From: Paludibacteraceae bacterium
GTDB lineage: Bacteria > Bacteroidota > Bacteroidia > Bacteroidales > Paludibacteraceae
DNA: 24,000 nucleotides
NCBI GenBank assembly: GCA_017961765.1
Contig: JAGCWQ010000016.1
Coordinates: 8,916 to 32,915, forward strand
Direction of reading: 5' to 3'
Made by a program: the position numbers and the translations under genes. The notes below the pieces were generated by a model that was not told the DNA's origin, made no database searches, and saw only the letters and a program-made list of their open reading frames with translations. Of the stretch, positions 22,013-24,000 are shown piece after piece (position 1 is the stretch's first letter; each line of letters begins with the position of its first letter).

Positions 22013-23119
22013 ATGAAGAAGAATTTAGCGATTGCTTTATTATTAGCGTCTTCCGCCGTTGCTTATGCATCTGACGAGACGACTACGACATTGGTTAACA
22101 TTGCGGAAAGCACCAACCACAAAAGTGCTCACGCAGAAGTGTCTGATAGTATTTACTGGAAATTTCCAGGAGCAGTAGGGTTGAATGCCAACCAAGCTTA
22201 TTTTAACGAGTATTGCTCCGACGGTATGGGAAGTTCGGCAACAGTGGACGCATTCATTCGTCTCAACGCCGACTATATGAAGGATAAAATCATGTGGAAG
22301 AACTCGTTCAATGCCCAATATGGTTTTATGTATTCCGACCAATTTACGGGTGACGACCAGATCCGTAAAAACATGGACAACTTCATTTTGGCATCTAAAT
22401 TCGGTTACAAGGCTGCCGACAAGTTGTATTATTCCATCTTGGGCGACTTGGAATCCCAATTCTCCAAAGGCTACAATTACGCTTCGGATGTGAACAATCT
22501 GGATTCAGCCTACTTGGTATCCAACTTCTTCGCTCCAGCCTACGCTAAGTTGTCTCTCGGTATCGACTACACACCTAACAAATATTTGACGGTGTTCGCA
22601 TCTCCGGCTTCCGCACGCTTCACGTTCTGTACGGATACGTTGCTTTCTGCCAACTATGGCATGGAGCGTAAGGACAACGGAAAAGGGGAGTACAAGAAGG
22701 TACGGACAGAAATCGGTGCCTACGCCAAGGCGGTTTCCGATTTCGATATGACTAGCACCATCCACTTCTTCTCTTTGCTCGAAGGATTTTACGCCTACAA
22801 CAAGGCAGTTCCAACCTACAACGAAGATTTATACGACAAGGGTATCTTCTTTGATGATTTGGCAAGTTACGACGGCAAAACAGAAGGCGATTTAGCTCAC
22901 GGCTGGTTCGTAAGATGGCGTTTGGAATTGGCTCTCAAGGTGACAAAGAACATCAATGTCGCTTTCCGTACCCAGTTGAAGTACGACGTGTCTGAAACCA
23001 AGCAAAATCCACACGTTGACAAGACCAAAAAGACTACAGACAAGTGGGATTTGGGCTACCCTGTGGCAAAGACCCAATTCTGGGAAGCCACTTCTTTAGG
23101 TATTGCTTATAATTTTTAA
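22013..23119 (+). CDS. DUF3078-family outer-membrane beta-barrel-like protein
   Basis: The signal peptide MKKNLAIALLLASSAVAYA begins at the ATG at 22013, so the GTG at 21989 in the ORF track is probably too early. The sequence shows an alternating aromatic/hydrophilic beta-strand pattern and a C-terminal aromatic residue (...GIAYNF). The DUF3078 assignment is from memory of WKFPG.. GLNANQ motifs. Confidence 0.65.
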   Translation: MKKNLAIALLLASSAVAYASDETTTTLVNIAESTNHKSAHAEVSDSIYWKFPGAVGLNANQAYFNEYCSDGMGSSATVDAFIRLNADYMKDKIMWKNSFNAQYGFMYSDQFTGDDQIRKNMDNFILASKFGYKAADKLYYSILGDLESQFSKGYNYASDVNNLDSAYLVSNFFAPAYAKLSLGIDYTPNKYLTVFASPASARFTFCTDTLLSANYGMERKDNGKGEYKKVRTEIGAYAKAVSDFDMTSTIHFFSLLEGFYAYNKAVPTYNEDLYDKGIFFDDLASYDGKTEGDLAHGWFVRWRLELALKVTKNINVAFRTQLKYDVSETKQNPHVDKTKKTTDKWDLGYPVAKTQFWEATSLGIAYNF

Positions 23120-23133
23120 TTGAAATCATAGGG

Positions 23134-23176
23134 ACTTCCATAAGGCAACCAAGCTTTATGGAAGTTCTGTTTTTTT
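23134..23176 (+). terminator. Rho-independent terminator of the DUF3078 gene
   Basis: ACTTCCATAA (23134-43) pairs with TTATGGAAGT (23156-65) across a 12-nt loop. A T7 run follows at 23170-76. Confidence 0.75.
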
Positions 23177-23181
23177 ATACG

Positions 23182-23889
23182 ATGGCAGATTTTAGTGCTT
23201 TGGATAAGCTCGATTTGAAGGCTTTCTTCTTTGATATGGACGGGGTACTGTTTGATTCCATGCCCAACCATGCTAAGGCGTGGTGTACGGCATTTGAGGA
23301 CTTGGGCATCCATTTCACCCCCTACGATGCCTATATGCGTGAGGGCATGACGGGAACATCCACTATCTATCAAGCGTTTACCCGCCAATTGGGACGAGAC
23401 GCATCGGAAGAGGAATGCAAACGAATCTATAAAGTAAAGTGCGAGATTTTCGAATCTCTTCCTGAGGCAAAACCCATGCCCCACGTCTTGGAAGTATTGC
23501 AGACTGTCCAACGGGCAGGCCTGGACATCTATATTGTAACAGGATCTGGGCAACATTCACTTTTCGACCGACTGAACACCCACTTTCCCAACATTTTCAG
23601 CAGGGAAAAGATGGTTACGGCCTATGATGTGAAAAAAGGGAAGCCTGACCCAGAGCCTTATCTGATGGCTCTAAAAAAAGGAAATTTCAAGGCTGACCAA
23701 GCCATCGTGATAGAGAATGCTCCATTGGGAGTCAAATCTGCCGTCGATGCAGGAATCTTCACCATTGCCGTCAACACGGGAATCTTGAAGGACGAAGAAC
23801 TTTCCAAAAACGGGGCGGATGTGATCTATCACACAATGGAGGAGTTGCTCTCCAACCTGCCAGAAATCATAGCGAAGGCAAAAAAATGA
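23182..23889 (+). CDS. HAD-superfamily hydrolase (beta-phosphoglucomutase-like subfamily IA)
   Basis: Motif I is FFFDMDGVLFDS. The later motifs are VTGSG and KGKPDPEPY...ENAPLGVKSA. The ATG at 23158 in the ORF track lies inside the upstream terminator stem, so I prefer 23182. Confidence 0.8.
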   Translation: MADFSALDKLDLKAFFFDMDGVLFDSMPNHAKAWCTAFEDLGIHFTPYDAYMREGMTGTSTIYQAFTRQLGRDASEEECKRIYKVKCEIFESLPEAKPMPHVLEVLQTVQRAGLDIYIVTGSGQHSLFDRLNTHFPNIFSREKMVTAYDVKKGKPDPEPYLMALKKGNFKADQAIVIENAPLGVKSAVDAGIFTIAVNTGILKDEELSKNGADVIYHTMEELLSNLPEIIAKAKK

Positions 23890-23917
23890 ATGCATAATTA
23901 ACTGATCATAAGAAGTT

Positions 23918-24000
23918 ATGTTGTTTGATATCATAAATGCGAACATAGAGAAATTGGTTATCCACAAGATTGGGTCTCGTATGGATAATACGGAAAACTC
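23918..24000 (+). CDS. 5' fragment of a CDS running off the window, possibly an NdpA-like nucleoid-associated protein
   Basis: The frame from ATG 23918 is open to the window end. MLFDIINANIEKLVIHKIGSRMDNTEN resembles the N-terminus (xLxIHKVGN) of Bacteroidota nucleoid-associated proteins. Only 27 codons are visible. Confidence 0.35.
   Translation, partial: MLFDIINANIEKLVIHKIGSRMDNTEN

Noticed and set aside
23158-23181. ATG at 23158 as the HAD hydrolase start, as given in the ORF track
   Set aside because: This ATG lies inside the 3' arm of the DUF3078 terminator hairpin and before its T7 tract. The ATG at 23182 gives a normal HAD N-terminus of about 17 residues before the DMDG motif.

Overview
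This looks like a chromosomal segment from a Bacteroidota genome, probably Prevotellaceae-like. That assignment is an inference from several features: TAnnTTTG -7 promoter boxes, no Shine-Dalgarno sites, a probable T9SS C-terminal sorting domain, a MurF-Alr fusion and a DUF3078 outer-membrane protein. Most of the window is ordinary housekeeping. It holds a secreted LTD-CotH protein (5' end off the window), miaA, a Crp/Fnr regulator, nfo, a Fur/PerR-like regulator with a reverse rubrerythrin, nspC, bifunctional murF/alr, several membrane proteins and lipoproteins, a large TPR protein, a DUF3078 protein and a HAD hydrolase. I found no rRNA gene, genuine tRNA gene, CRISPR array, transposase or integrase. 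The locus worth attention is 14.7-16.6 kb. A Ro60/Rsr orthologue (TROVE + vWA, 15084..16601) is preceded by a 370-nt ORF-free spacer. That spacer contains three tandem, same-strand, paralogous bulged-helix modules that look like bacterial Y RNAs. The middle module encloses a near-complete tRNA-like four-way junction, as in YrlA-type tRNA mimics, and its connectivity looks unusual. A more AT-rich patch at about 19.1-21.6 kb holds a minimal nucleotidyltransferase (MNT) with what looks like a decayed HEPN partner, an LRR-like fragment and a low-complexity lipoprotein. All protein family calls come from motif recognition by eye, with no database search.
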